The position numbers and the translations under genes were made by a program. Under the pieces are notes generated by a model. That model worked only from the letters and a program-made list of their open reading frames with translations. It was not told the DNA's origin and ran no database searches. Shown piece after piece: positions 34,260 to 45,745 of a stretch of 64,000 nucleotides of DNA (positions are counted from its first letter, which is position 1; each line of letters starts with the position of its first letter). The stretch spans positions 544,001 through 608,000 of the forward strand of contig OZ244207.1 of the NCBI GenBank assembly GCA_965216875.1. The letters are read 5' to 3'. The stretch comes from Rubripirellula sp. (GTDB lineage: Bacteria > Planctomycetota > Planctomycetia > Pirellulales > Pirellulaceae).

Positions 34260-37064
34260 CTAGTAGATGTAGATGAATTCGTTGCTGTTCAAAATTGCCA
34301 AGCAGACATCGCCCAACGCGCGAGTCCGAGCGTCGACTTGATGAGCTTGTAGGTCGCTTTCGTAGTCCTCGTAGGCGACAAGGTGTTCGGTGAAGTCGAA
34401 TGGCTTTCCTGTGTTTTCGTCGATCGCTTCGCGAACAACGGTCGTCGGCGGCTCGTTCGGTGTCGGCTCGAGTCGTGTGTGGACATCGGTCATCGCATTC
34501 CAGTGCGCGAGCGTGGCCGAAACTTCGTCAGCGGTCGGTGCGCGTCCGAGTGTCACGGCAAAAAGCCGCTCAATCGCAGCGCTGTCGTCCTTGGTACTTT
34601 TCAAAACGCGGTCCGCGAGTGCGAGTGCGCGATCGCTCGTTTCTTGACCGTTCAGCAAAGTAAACACTTGCGGCGTGATATTCGATTGGTCACGCAGTTC
34701 ACATGACTTTTCGCTTCCGGGTTGATTGAATGTTTCCATAAAAGGCAGTCGATGACCACGCAAGTTGTGGATATAGATCGAACGCCGGTTGCGATCCGCA
34801 GGTTTGGGATTGGGGACGTAGCTCGGGGCAAAGGTGCCCATGATCATCCGCGGCTGTAGAGCGGCTTCGAGGTTCATGTCCGGGCGCACGGGGATGCCGC
34901 CGACGGTTCGATTCAGTTCCCCGGAGACGGTCAGCATTGCGTCCCGCAGTTCTTCCGCTTCAAGACGTCGCGGACGGAAGACCGCGTAGGAATCGCCCGT
35001 CGGGTCGGCTTGTTTGAGTGATTTGGGATCGGAGTGCTGTGTGCTACGACGATACGCATCACTGTTCATGATCGTGCGGTGCAGCTGTTTGATCGACCAA
35101 TCGTTGCGGACGAAGTCGACTGCTAGCCAATCGAGCAGTTCTGGGTGGGTTGGTTTCTTGCCAGTGGCACCAAAATTATTGGCGTTGCCGGCGATCCCCC
35201 GGCCGAAATGAAATCCCCAAATGCGGTTGACCAACACGCGCGCTGTGAGGGCGTTGTCGGGAGAGGTGATCCAGTTGGCCAACGCAGTGCGACGACCGTT
35301 GACCTTGTCGGTCAGCGTCACATCGAGCGCGCCGGGCACGGCTGAAATCACGCCGGGCTTGACTTTTTCACCCGGTGAAAACGGGTCGCCACCTGACAAG
35401 ATCGCCGTTTCTTCGAGTACACCGCGGCCCATCGGGTTGTCAGGCATCTTTGTTCGAGACGAGCCGGTCGAAGGTGTTTTCGTCTTGCCGTTGTAGACTG
35501 CCATCGCGATCGGTTTGTACCGATCGAACTCCCAATTGAAACGTCCCTGCCATTTACGACCGATTCGTTCGCGTCCGAATTCTTCGGGCAACTTGAACAT
35601 GCTTCCCACGGGCAAGTCATCTTTGTTCACACCCGCCTTGATCGCTTCGGCACGCGTCTTGTAGGGCATGTCGCGTTCTTTGAAATAGTCCTCTTCGTAT
35701 TGGCGACGTTTGGCTGTGAGTTTGTCGAGCATCGCTTTGGTGGAAGCTCGCTTCTTTTGGTGGTAACTCCGATCGTCCTTCATGCCTGAGAGGTTCTCGC
35801 CATCAATCCAAACGGTATCGACGTCGGCAAACTGAGTCGTCGCGAATGCGGCTTGAACCGCGTAGTAGTCTCGCGTCGGAATGGGATCAAACTTGTGGTC
35901 GTGGCATCGACAGCACTGCAACGCTTGTCCCAAAAAGACTTGGCCGACCGAATCGGTGATGTCGTCGAGAAAGAGTTGACGCGTGATTTTCGCGACGCTC
36001 ATTGATGTGTGTTCCCAAGGACCCATCCTCAGGAAACCGGTCGCAACCAAGAGTTCGGCACGTTGCTTTTCAGTGAGCTTCTTGTCGCCTTTGGCGATTT
36101 CGTCACCGGCAATCTGTTCGAGCGTGAACCTGTTGAAGGGTTTATCGTCATTGAAACTGCGAACCACATAGTCGCGATAACGCCATGCATTTGGACGTTC
36201 CCAGTCGTTCGCAAATCCCGCGCTGTCGCTGTAACGGACAACGTCAAGCCAATGCCTGGCCCATTGCTCGCCGTAATGCGGGCTTTCGAGCAAGCGGTCG
36301 ACGAGTGCCGCGAAGGCTTCTTTGTCGCTTCGGGGGTCAGCCACAAAGTTACGAATCTCTATGGGGGTGGGTGGCAAACCGATCAGATCGAATGTTGCGC
36401 GACGGATCAGCGTGATGCGATTGGCGGACGGCGCGGGCGTGACATCGACGCGTTGCATTCTCGCGTCGATAAACGCATCGACCGGATTGTCGTGGCTTGA
36501 CAGATCAACGTCGAACTCTTTTCGGATCGGTTGAAATGCCCACAGGTCTTCTGCTTTGTACTTGCGTCGTGTCCATGACTCGTCAAGCCCGCCGCTGGTC
36601 ATCACCGTGACGCCCTCGGCATAGTCGTCGTAGATCTTGGCAACGGTCGCAGCGTCGGGCCAAGCCGCGCCCGCGTTGATCCAATCACGCACTGCCCAGA
36701 TTTCTTCTTGCGTGAGCTTCTCGGCTTCTTTGGGCGGCATCTCATAGCCGGCTTCTTCGCGGCTGATCATTCCCATCAACAGGCTCGATTCGGCATCACC
36801 CGGTGTCACGACCGAATCGCCGTACGCGTCACCCCCTTCGAGCAATTTTGCACGCGATTCAATACTGAAGGCGCCCTCAAGCTCGTCCGCTTCACTGCTG
36901 TGGCAACCGAAGCACTTTTCTTTCAGGAGAGGTTGGACCTTGAGCGCAAAGAGCTTTTCACCAGCGGTCGGTTCGTCACCAACGACGATTTCGGGGGCCG
37001 CGAAGAAACAGACGCACAGGAGCGCAGCGGTGGATTGCCGAATCTTCCAATTCTTCAGCGGCAT
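34260..37064 (-). CDS. PSD1/planctomycete cytochrome C (DUF1549/DUF1553) protein
   Basis: CFGCH, YGEQWARHWLDVVRY, CCRCHDHKFDP, PTHPELLDWLA. Confidence 0.92.
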   Translation of the reverse strand: MPLKNWKIRQSTAALLCVCFFAAPEIVVGDEPTAGEKLFALKVQPLLKEKCFGCHSSEADELEGAFSIESRAKLLEGGDAYGDSVVTPGDAESSLLMGMISREEAGYEMPPKEAEKLTQEEIWAVRDWINAGAAWPDAATVAKIYDDYAEGVTVMTSGGLDESWTRRKYKAEDLWAFQPIRKEFDVDLSSHDNPVDAFIDARMQRVDVTPAPSANRITLIRRATFDLIGLPPTPIEIRNFVADPRSDKEAFAALVDRLLESPHYGEQWARHWLDVVRYSDSAGFANDWERPNAWRYRDYVVRSFNDDKPFNRFTLEQIAGDEIAKGDKKLTEKQRAELLVATGFLRMGPWEHTSMSVAKITRQLFLDDITDSVGQVFLGQALQCCRCHDHKFDPIPTRDYYAVQAAFATTQFADVDTVWIDGENLSGMKDDRSYHQKKRASTKAMLDKLTAKRRQYEEDYFKERDMPYKTRAEAIKAGVNKDDLPVGSMFKLPEEFGRERIGRKWQGRFNWEFDRYKPIAMAVYNGKTKTPSTGSSRTKMPDNPMGRGVLEETAILSGGDPFSPGEKVKPGVISAVPGALDVTLTDKVNGRRTALANWITSPDNALTARVLVNRIWGFHFGRGIAGNANNFGATGKKPTHPELLDWLAVDFVRNDWSIKQLHRTIMNSDAYRRSTQHSDPKSLKQADPTGDSYAVFRPRRLEAEELRDAMLTVSGELNRTVGGIPVRPDMNLEAALQPRMIMGTFAPSYVPNPKPADRNRRSIYIHNLRGHRLPFMETFNQPGSEKSCELRDQSNITPQVFTLLNGQETSDRALALADRVLKSTKDDSAAIERLFAVTLGRAPTADEVSATLAHWNAMTDVHTRLEPTPNEPPTTVVREAIDENTGKPFDFTEHLVAYEDYESDLQAHQVDARTRALGDVCLAILNSNEFIYIY

Positions 37065-37208
37065 GGTGGCGTGGCGGGCTTTGGAGGAGAGAAGTGGGCG
37101 GGATCAAAGTATCAACCCATTTTGATGGGTTTCGGCCCGCGAGGCCAGCAAATTGTGGGGAGGTTGAGGCTAATTGTGGGCGGAGTCGCGCGCACGTTCT
37201 TGTTCAAT

Positions 37209-37283
37209 GTAGCTACGCTCGCCAGAGCGTGGTGTGCTGGAAAGCGGTTAGCCATGCGTCCACCTTCTGGCGAAGGTAGCTAC
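37209..37283. repeat. REPIN (same family as 3557-3633)
   Basis: GTAGCTACGCTCGCCAGAGCGTGG...CCACCTTCTGGCGAAGGTAGCTAC. Confidence 0.8.
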
Positions 37284-37332
37284 GGCTTGGTAGCGACGGC
37301 TTGGTAGGCGGGTGTGTCATGCGGAGCATGAC

Positions 37333-38409
37333 CTACAACTCGAGATCCTCAACCTCTTGTCCGCCGGCGTCGCGGCGTAGCAACAGATAGCCTCCGCCAA
37401 CCATCGCCCAAAACAGAGTGATGACGATGATCCAAGGAAGCTGCATCACCATGCGATGACTTGTGTTCGCCATGCCGGCGCTCGCTCCGGACCAATAACA
37501 TGCTGTTGCAACGATCGATGCGGCAGCGTTGGCGACGCCGATCGCGAGCACTCCAATGATCATCATCAACACGACACCAACGACTACATAGAGCACCAGA
37601 TGGATCGGGCGACGCAAAAGGTACTCGTAGCCGCGACTGAGTGAATCGAGTGCATCGCACTCCTTTTCGATCCCAATCGCTGCCCAGCCGAGCGGCAATG
37701 CAAAGCTGGCTCCGAAAGCGAGCAAACCGCAAGGGATTGAGATCAACACAACGATGATCGCGCACAGAAACTCAAGGACTCGCACTCCATCGAAGATTTT
37801 AGAAACCAGTCCAAGGCCCCAAATCGAAGCGGCGATCAAGAGCACGCACGCCAGTGGGACTACCGCCGCAAGCAGGGCCTTGGGAAGCGATCGCAAACTG
37901 TGGATGAGCGTTGTCAGGAAACCTTGCAGAGGACGGCCAGCGGTGAGCAATGAACCCTGGCGCGAAACCGTTAGCGCGGTGGGCAGCCAAGTCAGCAGTG
38001 ACCAAAGGATCAACAGCATCGACTTCGCGTAACCTGGTCCCCGGTTGGCAGGCAAATTGCGAACGTCCACCACCGCGGTCGGCATCATCCGTTGCTCAAA
38101 ACTAGAGAGTGCCTCAAACAACGCGGTGGGTGACCTGAGTGTACCTTGCTCGAACACCGTTGCCCTGCCGGGGCCATGAAACGCAAAGAATGCTTTCTCA
38201 CCAAAGAGAAACGTGATGCCGAGCCACCAAATCAGAAAGGTGATTGCAACGAGAAACAACAGCGGTGGCGACGCGGCGGTTCGCAAAACTCGTACGAGGC
38301 GTAGCCAGGGAAAAAGATCCGTCCACTCACGCGCTCGGGCAACCATCCCGGTTTCGAGATCGTGGCCGTGGTGAAAGTCATTGTGAGAAGAATCGTCGGA
38401 CTGCATCAT
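37333..38409 (-). CDS. Hypothetical multi-pass membrane protein
   Basis: Hydrophobic helices; DALDSLSRGYEYL and YLLLRRD segments. Confidence 0.78.
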   Translation of the reverse strand: MMQSDDSSHNDFHHGHDLETGMVARAREWTDLFPWLRLVRVLRTAASPPLLFLVAITFLIWWLGITFLFGEKAFFAFHGPGRATVFEQGTLRSPTALFEALSSFEQRMMPTAVVDVRNLPANRGPGYAKSMLLILWSLLTWLPTALTVSRQGSLLTAGRPLQGFLTTLIHSLRSLPKALLAAVVPLACVLLIAASIWGLGLVSKIFDGVRVLEFLCAIIVVLISIPCGLLAFGASFALPLGWAAIGIEKECDALDSLSRGYEYLLRRPIHLVLYVVVGVVLMMIIGVLAIGVANAAASIVATACYWSGASAGMANTSHRMVMQLPWIIVITLFWAMVGGGYLLLRRDAGGQEVEDLEL

Positions 38410-38451
38410 GTTGCTCGTCGAGAATAGCCGCCAGTGGGATCAGACCCTTTT

Positions 38452-41007
38452 CTAACGGAAGACCACACGGTGCCAGCGGGCCGCATCCGTCATCGGCGGC
38501 GCCGCGATTCCACTGTCCGCTTTGCGAATGAGTGACTGAACGAACCAGCTTTGCCCGCGATGGATCGGAAGGTCGGTGACATCGCGGCGTAGAACGGCTG
38601 CTTCGATCGTGACGGTCTCGTCCGTTTCGCGAATTTGCAGGTACCACTCTGGATCCCAGGCGGTAAAACCGTCGATGCAATCGTGGGTGCGTTTGGCGCG
38701 AGAGAGCGAGAGTTGCATCGACGTCAGAAGATCGAGGTCGGTGTCGAGTTTGAGTTGCCAGCGGTCCACGGATCTTAAATCGTGATCTCGATTTCGTCGC
38801 GTCGGCTCGATCGTCGTCGTGTCTGTGCCAAAGTCGCTGGCTTTCAATTGCACGGCGACGTAAAGGTATTCGTCATCGTAGGACATCTGTAACGACCGAG
38901 ATTGGTTGGGGCGACGCAATGCCGTTTCCCAGCAGGCATCATCAAGGACGCCGTCAAGTCGCGGTGGTGATGATGTTTGGTGGGCGACGATGATGTCGGT
39001 CGAGTCGTTGCGAAGCAATGCACGCCAACTGGGAAGTTCACGAGATTCGATCAACCGTGCAATGTTCGCTGAACCGGTCCCGGTTTCTTGTAGTGGGCCT
39101 TCATCGCCACGATGCCTTGCCGCCTCGCGGGACACCAGGATCAACGGGTGAAACTCCCAGCTCAAATCAACCACGGCTCCAGTCTCTTTGCCCTTGGTCA
39201 GTTCGTATTGTTTGACTTCAGGCACGACGATCGGAGAAACGGCGCCGACTTGTTCCACTTCGATTTGGAAGGGCGAAACCGCAACCGATTGAGCACCGGA
39301 GTTGCTGATTCGGTTTTGGAGATGTTGACCGAGTGCCGAACGCAACATGTGCCATTCGGTGCTGTTTTGAACGGCGTCCAAACGCATCGCGGCCCATTTA
39401 CCCAATGAGTTCGCGGCAAACCTTTCGGCGATGACTTTCAATGCCGCTTGATGCAGCACCGCTGGCGTCAATGACAGTCGACGGTCCTGGGAACCTTCGA
39501 GTTCTGCGATTGAGAGCAGCACTGACCATGCAAGTCGGGGGCGATCTTCTTTTGCGGTTTGGTCCAGCATGGTTTCCAACGCGAGCGCAAAATCGGCTGC
39601 CGACTCGCTGCGGAGAAACAGTTGCTGGAGCAGCTTCGGGCGGCTCATCCGTCCCTGCACGACTTGCAACTGTCGCCGAGTGGCTTGGCGCGGTTCGGCC
39701 GTCAACTTCGCTCCCGCTGGAACTCGCAATCCGCTCGCAATCGATTCGCCTTGGATCCAAACACCCGTGGCGTCGTAAAGACGTTGGATGCCAATCGATT
39801 GAGGTGGCGTTTTTTCGGGGCACAAGAGCATCAAGGCGTCGTCCGACAGGTCACTCATCAGCACTCCACGTTTTGGCAAGATCGCGGCGCGATGAATCAT
39901 CGATTCACCACCGGAGTCAAACGAGTAGCTGAGCACACGTTGAACGCCCGATTGGATCGCAGCCTCTTGGAACGCGTTCTTTGTGGTCTCGCTGAGTTGA
40001 TCGTCAAGCAAAACGACAACTGGTTTTTGTAACGCTAACCAATCGGAAGGTGCTTGCGGGTCACGGCCAATGCGGTCGGCGCCTGCGCCACCGAGCATCA
40101 CCACGGCTTGGCGGACGAGGTCGAGAGGAACTTTGTCTTGGTCGCTGACCAAGACGCTCACACGGTTTCGGTGTTCGAACGCCTCGGCACCGACGAGTGG
40201 GAAAGCGATGCGATCTGCTGCGCTGGAAACCATCAATACGGCGCAATGTCGATCATTGCCTCGCCTTGTTTTCCAAGTGGTTCCGCGATCAGCGCTGTGC
40301 ACAATGACCCCGTGGTCGCCCACAGCCCACCAATTTTGCGGTTGGTCCAGCACGATCGCCGTGTCACGCAGGACCAACGACTTGCCGGTAGCGTCAACAA
40401 AGTCGCGCAGATCGTCGGGGAACGGATGTGTGATCGTCAACTGTTTGCGCGCCGGATCATGATTGCCTTGCCAAGCCGATCCCTTGCCCGCGGAGATAAA
40501 GTCGGACGCGAGCGCTGAATAAGAGAAATCACCAGTGGCCGAGAGTTCGTGTGGGCCGTCTCGGTGACTCTGCTTCCTGGTGGTGAACTTCTTGAGCATC
40601 GGCAGCTCTTGGTCACCTGCACGCTGCCAGGTTTCGCCAGCGTCCTCACTCTTGAGAACAACGCCGCGACTGATTTGCGTCACTCGATCGTAGCGTCCGC
40701 CAATCGCAAAGACTTTGTTGCGGTTCATGAAACGCACATCGAGCAAACGGCACGTTACACCGCTTGGCATCACTTTCCATGTCGCGCCGCCGTCGGTCGT
40801 TCGTACGATCGTGCCCCGATCACCGACCGCGATGCCTGTGTTCACATCAACGAATTCGACAGCATGCAACGAAGAGTCTTCGCGAAGCGATTTCGCATCG
40901 GCATAGGCTGGCAGCGGTTCGACGTGGTCGCCTGACGCCGGGTTGCCAGCGAGAATCAAAGCAAGGAACGCAACTGGAGCAATAACTAGACATCGATGTC
41001 GCTTCAT
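38452..41007 (-). CDS. YCF48/BNR-repeat secreted protein with C-terminal sugar-binding-like domain
   Basis: AVGDRGTIVRTTDGGATW, SEDAGETW, PPRLDGVLDDACW; start set at ATG 41007. Confidence 0.8.
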   Translation of the reverse strand: MKRHRCLVIAPVAFLALILAGNPASGDHVEPLPAYADAKSLREDSSLHAVEFVDVNTGIAVGDRGTIVRTTDGGATWKVMPSGVTCRLLDVRFMNRNKVFAIGGRYDRVTQISRGVVLKSEDAGETWQRAGDQELPMLKKFTTRKQSHRDGPHELSATGDFSYSALASDFISAGKGSAWQGNHDPARKQLTITHPFPDDLRDFVDATGKSLVLRDTAIVLDQPQNWWAVGDHGVIVHSADRGTTWKTRRGNDRHCAVLMVSSAADRIAFPLVGAEAFEHRNRVSVLVSDQDKVPLDLVRQAVVMLGGAGADRIGRDPQAPSDWLALQKPVVVLLDDQLSETTKNAFQEAAIQSGVQRVLSYSFDSGGESMIHRAAILPKRGVLMSDLSDDALMLLCPEKTPPQSIGIQRLYDATGVWIQGESIASGLRVPAGAKLTAEPRQATRRQLQVVQGRMSRPKLLQQLFLRSESAADFALALETMLDQTAKEDRPRLAWSVLLSIAELEGSQDRRLSLTPAVLHQAALKVIAERFAANSLGKWAAMRLDAVQNSTEWHMLRSALGQHLQNRISNSGAQSVAVSPFQIEVEQVGAVSPIVVPEVKQYELTKGKETGAVVDLSWEFHPLILVSREAARHRGDEGPLQETGTGSANIARLIESRELPSWRALLRNDSTDIIVAHQTSSPPRLDGVLDDACWETALRRPNQSRSLQMSYDDEYLYVAVQLKASDFGTDTTTIEPTRRNRDHDLRSVDRWQLKLDTDLDLLTSMQLSLSRAKRTHDCIDGFTAWDPEWYLQIRETDETVTIEAAVLRRDVTDLPIHRGQSWFVQSLIRKADSGIAAPPMTDAARWHRVVFR

Positions 41008-41393
41008 GAGATCCATCCTTTGGTGATCGCTGCACCTGCCATCAACGCGGCCCAGCCAACGATAAGATTTGCACCAACGTACAGCGTGGCACTTCCCCAG
41101 CGCGACGTCCCAGCAAGCATCGCCGATTCGGCCGCAAAGGTTGAAAAGGTCGTCAGACTGCCGAGGAAACCGACTCGAATCGCAAGCTTCGCTCGCTCTG
41201 ACAGGGCACCGTCGACGAGTGCGTATTCCCCGATCGCTCCAATCGCCAAGCAGCCGAGGATGTTGGCGATGGTTGTGCCCAGCATGGTGGATCCGCCCGG
41301 GATGGCGGCAGACCCCACTGTCAGCAAATAGCGGCATACCGACCCGACCGCACCACCCAATGCGACGACGGTCAGATTGAGCCAAGTTGACAT
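41004..41393 (-). CDS. crcB: Fluoride efflux channel Fluc/CrcB
   Basis: VALGGAVGSVCRY, GTTIANILGC, GFLGSLTTFSTF. Confidence 0.93.
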   Translation of the reverse strand: MSTWLNLTVVALGGAVGSVCRYLLTVGSAAIPGGSTMLGTTIANILGCLAIGAIGEYALVDGALSERAKLAIRVGFLGSLTTFSTFAAESAMLAGTSRWGSATLYVGANLIVGWAALMAGAAITKGWIS

Positions 41394-41803
41394 TCGGAGG
41401 CTTTTTGCGGTTGGACGAGAAAGAAGGGCGGAAAAAGCCGAAAACAGTCGTCCCACTTTTGCGAGCGTGACAGGACCTTTAGGCGGGAGATCGGGCCGTT
41501 AAGCCGGAAAAGCGGTACAAAGTCCGTACTCGGCACCCAAACGGGGGCGACTCCCGCTGGGAAGACCTGATTTAACCATTGCCTAAGTTTCGACGTGAAC
41601 TTACGTTAGCGAGTAGGTTCGAGGTTTCTTCCGCCCACGTAAATGTCAGTTTCTGGCGTGGACGCCTTATTTGTGGCCCCAAACTGCCCATCCGAACCTT
41701 TTTCCCCACAATTGCGTCCGTGGGGAATCACCATCGTTGCCGACTGGGCTCTCGCCCAACCCGGATTCTCCTTCCGTACCAGATTTCCACCCTTTCCAAG
41801 CAA

Positions 41804-43585
41804 ATGAGTACTGCGAAAGCTGCTTCGACCCCCACCGATACCCGTGCCATGACCGGAGCTGATGTTTTGGTCAAATCTTTGGTGGATCACGGCGTCGAGG
41901 TCCTTTTCGCATACCCCGGCGGCTGCAGCATGCCCATGCACCAGTCGCTAACGAAATATGGTGCGTCGCTGCGGACGATTTTGCCCCGCCACGAACAAGG
42001 TGGTGCGTTTGCCGCACAAGGCTACTCACGCAGTACCGGCAAAGTCGGTGTTGTGATGGCAACCAGTGGTCCCGGTGCGACCAATCTCGTGACCGCCATC
42101 GCCGACGCCAAGCTCGACAGCATTCCAATGGTTTGCATCACCGGCCAAGTTCCGACCAAAGCGATCGGAAGCGATGCGTTCCAAGAAACACCGATGGTCG
42201 AAGTTTGCCGCGGCATCACCAAGCATCATTACTTGGTCACCGATATCGCTGACCTGCCGCGCATCATGAAGGAAGCGTTCCACATCGCAGCCAGCGGCCG
42301 TCCTGGTCCTGTTTTGGTTGACATGCCGAAAGACGTTCAACTGAGCGACGTCGAAATCGACATGGACCCTGCAATGGACTTGCCCGGTTACGATCCAACA
42401 CCACCAGGTGTGCCTAGCGAAACGATTCGCCAAATCGCAGCCGCCATCAAACTTGCTCGTCGTCCGATCATCTATGCAGGTGGCGGTATCATCGCTGGCG
42501 ATGCGAGCGAAGAATTGCGTGAGCTCGCTCGCAAGACGGGGATTCCCGTGACGTCGACCGTGATGGGCCTTGGTGCTTATCCCGCAAGCGGCGATCTCTC
42601 GCTTGATATGTTGGGCATGCACGGTTCGGCCTATGCGAACTATGCCGTTCGAGATTGCGACCTGTTGATTGCACTGGGTGTTCGCTTTGACGATCGCGTG
42701 ACCGGCAAAGTTGAAGCGTTCGCAAAGGAAGCCAAGATCATCCACGTCGACATCGACGCTTCGGAACTGAACAAGAACAAGCAAGCACATATTCCTGTTC
42801 GCGGCGACGTCAAGCAAGTTTTGACCGCGCTCAACAAGGTGGTTCAAAAGCCAGAAATCGAAGAGTGGCAAAAGCACTGTGACGATTTGAAGTCGCAGTA
42901 CCCGTTCCACTATGACGATAACTTTGACGGCATCCTGCAACAGCACGCCATCAAGACCCTGAGCGACATCACCGCGGACATGGACACCTACATCACGGTT
43001 GGCGTTGGCCAACACCAGATGTGGGCCGCCCAGTTCTACAAGTTCAATCGTCCTCGTCGCTGGCACTCCAGCAGCGGACTCGGCACGATGGGCTTTGGTC
43101 TGCCTGCGGCAATGGGCGTTCAAGCTGCCCATCCAAACTCGCTGGTTGTCGACATCGATGGCGACGGCAGTTTCCAAATGAACATCCAAGAACTGGCAAC
43201 CTGCTTCTGTGAAGAGTTGCCCGTGAAGGTGCTTTTGTTGAACAACCAACACCTCGGGATGGTTGTTCAGTGGGAAGACCGTTTCATGGATCGCAACCGA
43301 GCTCACACCTACCTTGGCCCCATTCATCACGAGGAAGCCAAGGGACGCAGTGACGCCGATCGATTCACCTACGCCGACAAGCGATACCCCGACTTTGTGT
43401 CGATCGCAAAAGGCTACGGATGTGGTGCCGCAACGATCAAACGCAAGGGAGACCTTGAAGGTGCTCTGCGAGAAATGATCGAATACAAAGGCCCTTACCT
43501 GCTTGACGTTGAAGTGCCTTACCAAGAGCACGTGTTGCCGATGATTCCTGGCAACCACACTGTCGACGACATGATCCTAGAATAG
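41804..43585 (+). CDS. ilvB: Acetolactate synthase large subunit
   Basis: [37 protein letters not shown]. Confidence 0.95.
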   Translation: MSTAKAASTPTDTRAMTGADVLVKSLVDHGVEVLFAYPGGCSMPMHQSLTKYGASLRTILPRHEQGGAFAAQGYSRSTGKVGVVMATSGPGATNLVTAIADAKLDSIPMVCITGQVPTKAIGSDAFQETPMVEVCRGITKHHYLVTDIADLPRIMKEAFHIAASGRPGPVLVDMPKDVQLSDVEIDMDPAMDLPGYDPTPPGVPSETIRQIAAAIKLARRPIIYAGGGIIAGDASEELRELARKTGIPVTSTVMGLGAYPASGDLSLDMLGMHGSAYANYAVRDCDLLIALGVRFDDRVTGKVEAFAKEAKIIHVDIDASELNKNKQAHIPVRGDVKQVLTALNKVVQKPEIEEWQKHCDDLKSQYPFHYDDNFDGILQQHAIKTLSDITADMDTYITVGVGQHQMWAAQFYKFNRPRRWHSSSGLGTMGFGLPAAMGVQAAHPNSLVVDIDGDGSFQMNIQELATCFCEELPVKVLLLNNQHLGMVVQWEDRFMDRNRAHTYLGPIHHEEAKGRSDADRFTYADKRYPDFVSIAKGYGCGAATIKRKGDLEGALREMIEYKGPYLLDVEVPYQEHVLPMIPGNHTVDDMILE

Positions 43586-43610
43586 GATCAAAGTCGCATT
43601 TATTCGGCGA

Positions 43611-44627
43611 TTGGCCGCTCGCTATGATGTCAGGAACAAGATTCCTGACGACGCGCGGATGAACCAGATGATGGGATTCCCTATACGGCCAATTGCGATC
43701 GCCACCCTGCTGGCCACCGTTTGCGCTGTTCCTTGCTTTGCGGACGAAGCCGATGAGGCTTCACTCAAGTCGACGGTCACCGAAACGAAGGCGGCTGACG
43801 CAAAGCCATCGAAGGCCGTCGTTGAGGTCACGGCCAAAAAGAACCAGCGGTTCAGCGATTCAGCCGGCAAAGCAGGTTTATGCGATATCTACTCTCCCGA
43901 TGGTGACGCTCCGCAGGGAGGGTTTCCCGTCGTGCTGGTTGTGCATGGCGGTGCATGGATCAGCGGCGACAAATGGACGCTCGAAGGATACTCGCGGCTA
44001 TTGGCAAGCCACGGGATCGTCGCGGTGACGATGAACTATCGACTCGCACCGGCGCACCCATTCCCGGCTCAGGCCGATGATGTGCGAGAGGCGTTGTTGT
44101 GGATCGTCGACCATGCGGGCGACCTGTCGGTCAATGTCGAAAAGCTGGGACTGTTTGGCTATTCGGCTGGCGGTCACTTATCAGCGCTGATCGCTGCGCT
44201 TGCCGACGAACCGGTCGAGATTCAGGCGGCCGCGAGCAATTGGAATGAAGAAGATGTACGCTGGGCGAAGCTGCCAGGTATCCGAGCGATTTGCGTGGGC
44301 GGACCGCCTTGCGATTTTCGCGAAGTGCCGATCGACAATCGAGCCTTTTCCTTTTTCCTTGGAGGATCACGACGCGAACGGCCTGACCTCTACGTCGCTG
44401 CATCGCCGACGGCGCACGTTTCGGCCGACGACCCCGTGACACAGATCATTCATGGTGAGACGGATGTGATGGTTCCAATCGCAGGCAGCCGCGCCTTCCA
44501 CGCGGCCCAACAAATGGCCGGAGTCGATACGCGGTTTAAGTTGATGCCAAAGCAAGGCCACATGGTGACCTTTCTGAATCCAAAAACGCGCCAAACCATG
44601 CTCGCGTTTTTCAAAGAAGTGCTCTAA
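43611..44627 (+). CDS. Alpha/beta hydrolase (esterase); true start probably ~43659-43671
   Basis: VHGGAW, GYSAGGHL, HGETDVMVP, GH. Confidence 0.88.
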   Translation: MAARYDVRNKIPDDARMNQMMGFPIRPIAIATLLATVCAVPCFADEADEASLKSTVTETKAADAKPSKAVVEVTAKKNQRFSDSAGKAGLCDIYSPDGDAPQGGFPVVLVVHGGAWISGDKWTLEGYSRLLASHGIVAVTMNYRLAPAHPFPAQADDVREALLWIVDHAGDLSVNVEKLGLFGYSAGGHLSALIAALADEPVEIQAAASNWNEEDVRWAKLPGIRAICVGGPPCDFREVPIDNRAFSFFLGGSRRERPDLYVAASPTAHVSADDPVTQIIHGETDVMVPIAGSRAFHAAQQMAGVDTRFKLMPKQGHMVTFLNPKTRQTMLAFFKEVL

Positions 44628-44664
44628 GCATTCCCTCTCCGAAGCGACGCTCGCCGGAGAGTTT

Positions 44665-44812
44665 GTAGTACCGAGCTTTAGCCGGAATCTTCCTGTCTCT
44701 TCCCCTAAAAACGGTACTGCGAACCCGTGAGCCGCACGCGCTAGCGTCGGGCCTCACAAGTAGGTCATGCTGTGCATGACACACGCGGGCTGTCATGCGG
44801 AGCATGACCTAC
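44665..44812. repeat. Cluster of three REP families
   Basis: GTAGTACCGAGCTTTAGCCGG; CGTGAGCCGCACGCGCTAGCGTCGGGCC; GTAGGTCATGCTGTGCATGAC...GTCATGCGGAGCATGACCTAC (related copies ~19560-19630 and ~37315-37335). Confidence 0.75.
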
Positions 44813-44993
44813 GGAAACACCGGCATTCCCCCACGTAGGCCGCATCAAGGAGCGACAGCGACGCAAATCCGGCATGGTTACTGAGAATCCCTTGTTGGCA
44901 ATGGGAGAAACCACTGTGGCGGAAGGCGTTGGTGGATTTGGTGAGCTAGACTCGACATGTCGCCCGGCTTTCTCGTTTGCTCGCAGGTCTCTC

Positions 44994-45566
44994 ATGAAGT
45001 GTTTGCTCGTTTGTTTGGTAGGGGTTGCGCTGTTTCTTAGCCCCGCCAACGCGGATGATTGGCATCCTGACGACGATACGTTTGATCCAAACATCACGTC
45101 CGTTGTGATCGGCGACCGCTCTTGGATCGGTGACCCTTCGCCGTTCTTGCACACGGGCACTCCACGAGTCGGTTACACCCACGTCAACGCGGTTGCATAC
45201 CAAGGGTTTGACCCGTCGGTTCAGATTTCATTGATGGTCCCGTTGGAGCCGGGTGAGAAGACTCCGCCTGCTGGCGGCATGATGATGCTGAACAAAGCTC
45301 AGGCATCGACACTGATCCAAGCGTTCGAAGCTGGTTTGAAAGCTGAGCCAAAGAACAAAGACCAGCGAATCAAAATCGAAACCGGCTTCAAAGAGGCTGA
45401 CTGGGCGTTGACGTTTGCTTCCGAAGATGGCCAACGTTTTCTTCAGCTCGAAAACAAGACCAAGGACAAAACGGACACTTACCGATTGACCCTCAATGCG
45501 ACAAAGAAACTGATCGGCGCGCTTCAGCACTCTTTGGAAAAGCTCGAAGCGAAAACCAAGCAGTAG
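44994..45566 (+). CDS. Hypothetical secreted protein
   Basis: Signal peptide MKCLLVCLVGVALFLSPANA. Confidence 0.72.
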   Translation: MKCLLVCLVGVALFLSPANADDWHPDDDTFDPNITSVVIGDRSWIGDPSPFLHTGTPRVGYTHVNAVAYQGFDPSVQISLMVPLEPGEKTPPAGGMMMLNKAQASTLIQAFEAGLKAEPKNKDQRIKIETGFKEADWALTFASEDGQRFLQLENKTKDKTDTYRLTLNATKKLIGALQHSLEKLEAKTKQ

Positions 45567-45745
45567 TTTCGATGCGCACAGCCGAACCGACGCGGCGTGC
45601 CGGTTCGTGAGTTTGTTGGCGGAATGCGATCCCCGGTGAGAAGGGACCTGAGGCGCGCTACGGGTGATGGCTGCCTTTTCACAGCCGCCAGCAGCACGCC
45701 TCGAGCCATTGACGTTGAAGTGTTCTCATTTCTGAGTTTCCAGCT

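Noticed and set aside
41394..41600. Fluoride riboswitch upstream of crcB
   Set aside because: Could not match the consensus on the minus strand by eye; needs cmscan.
42026..43558. 510-aa antisense ORF (and similar ones such as 9443-10525)
   Set aside because: Shadow frames of ilvB/acnB caused by codon bias; no motifs.
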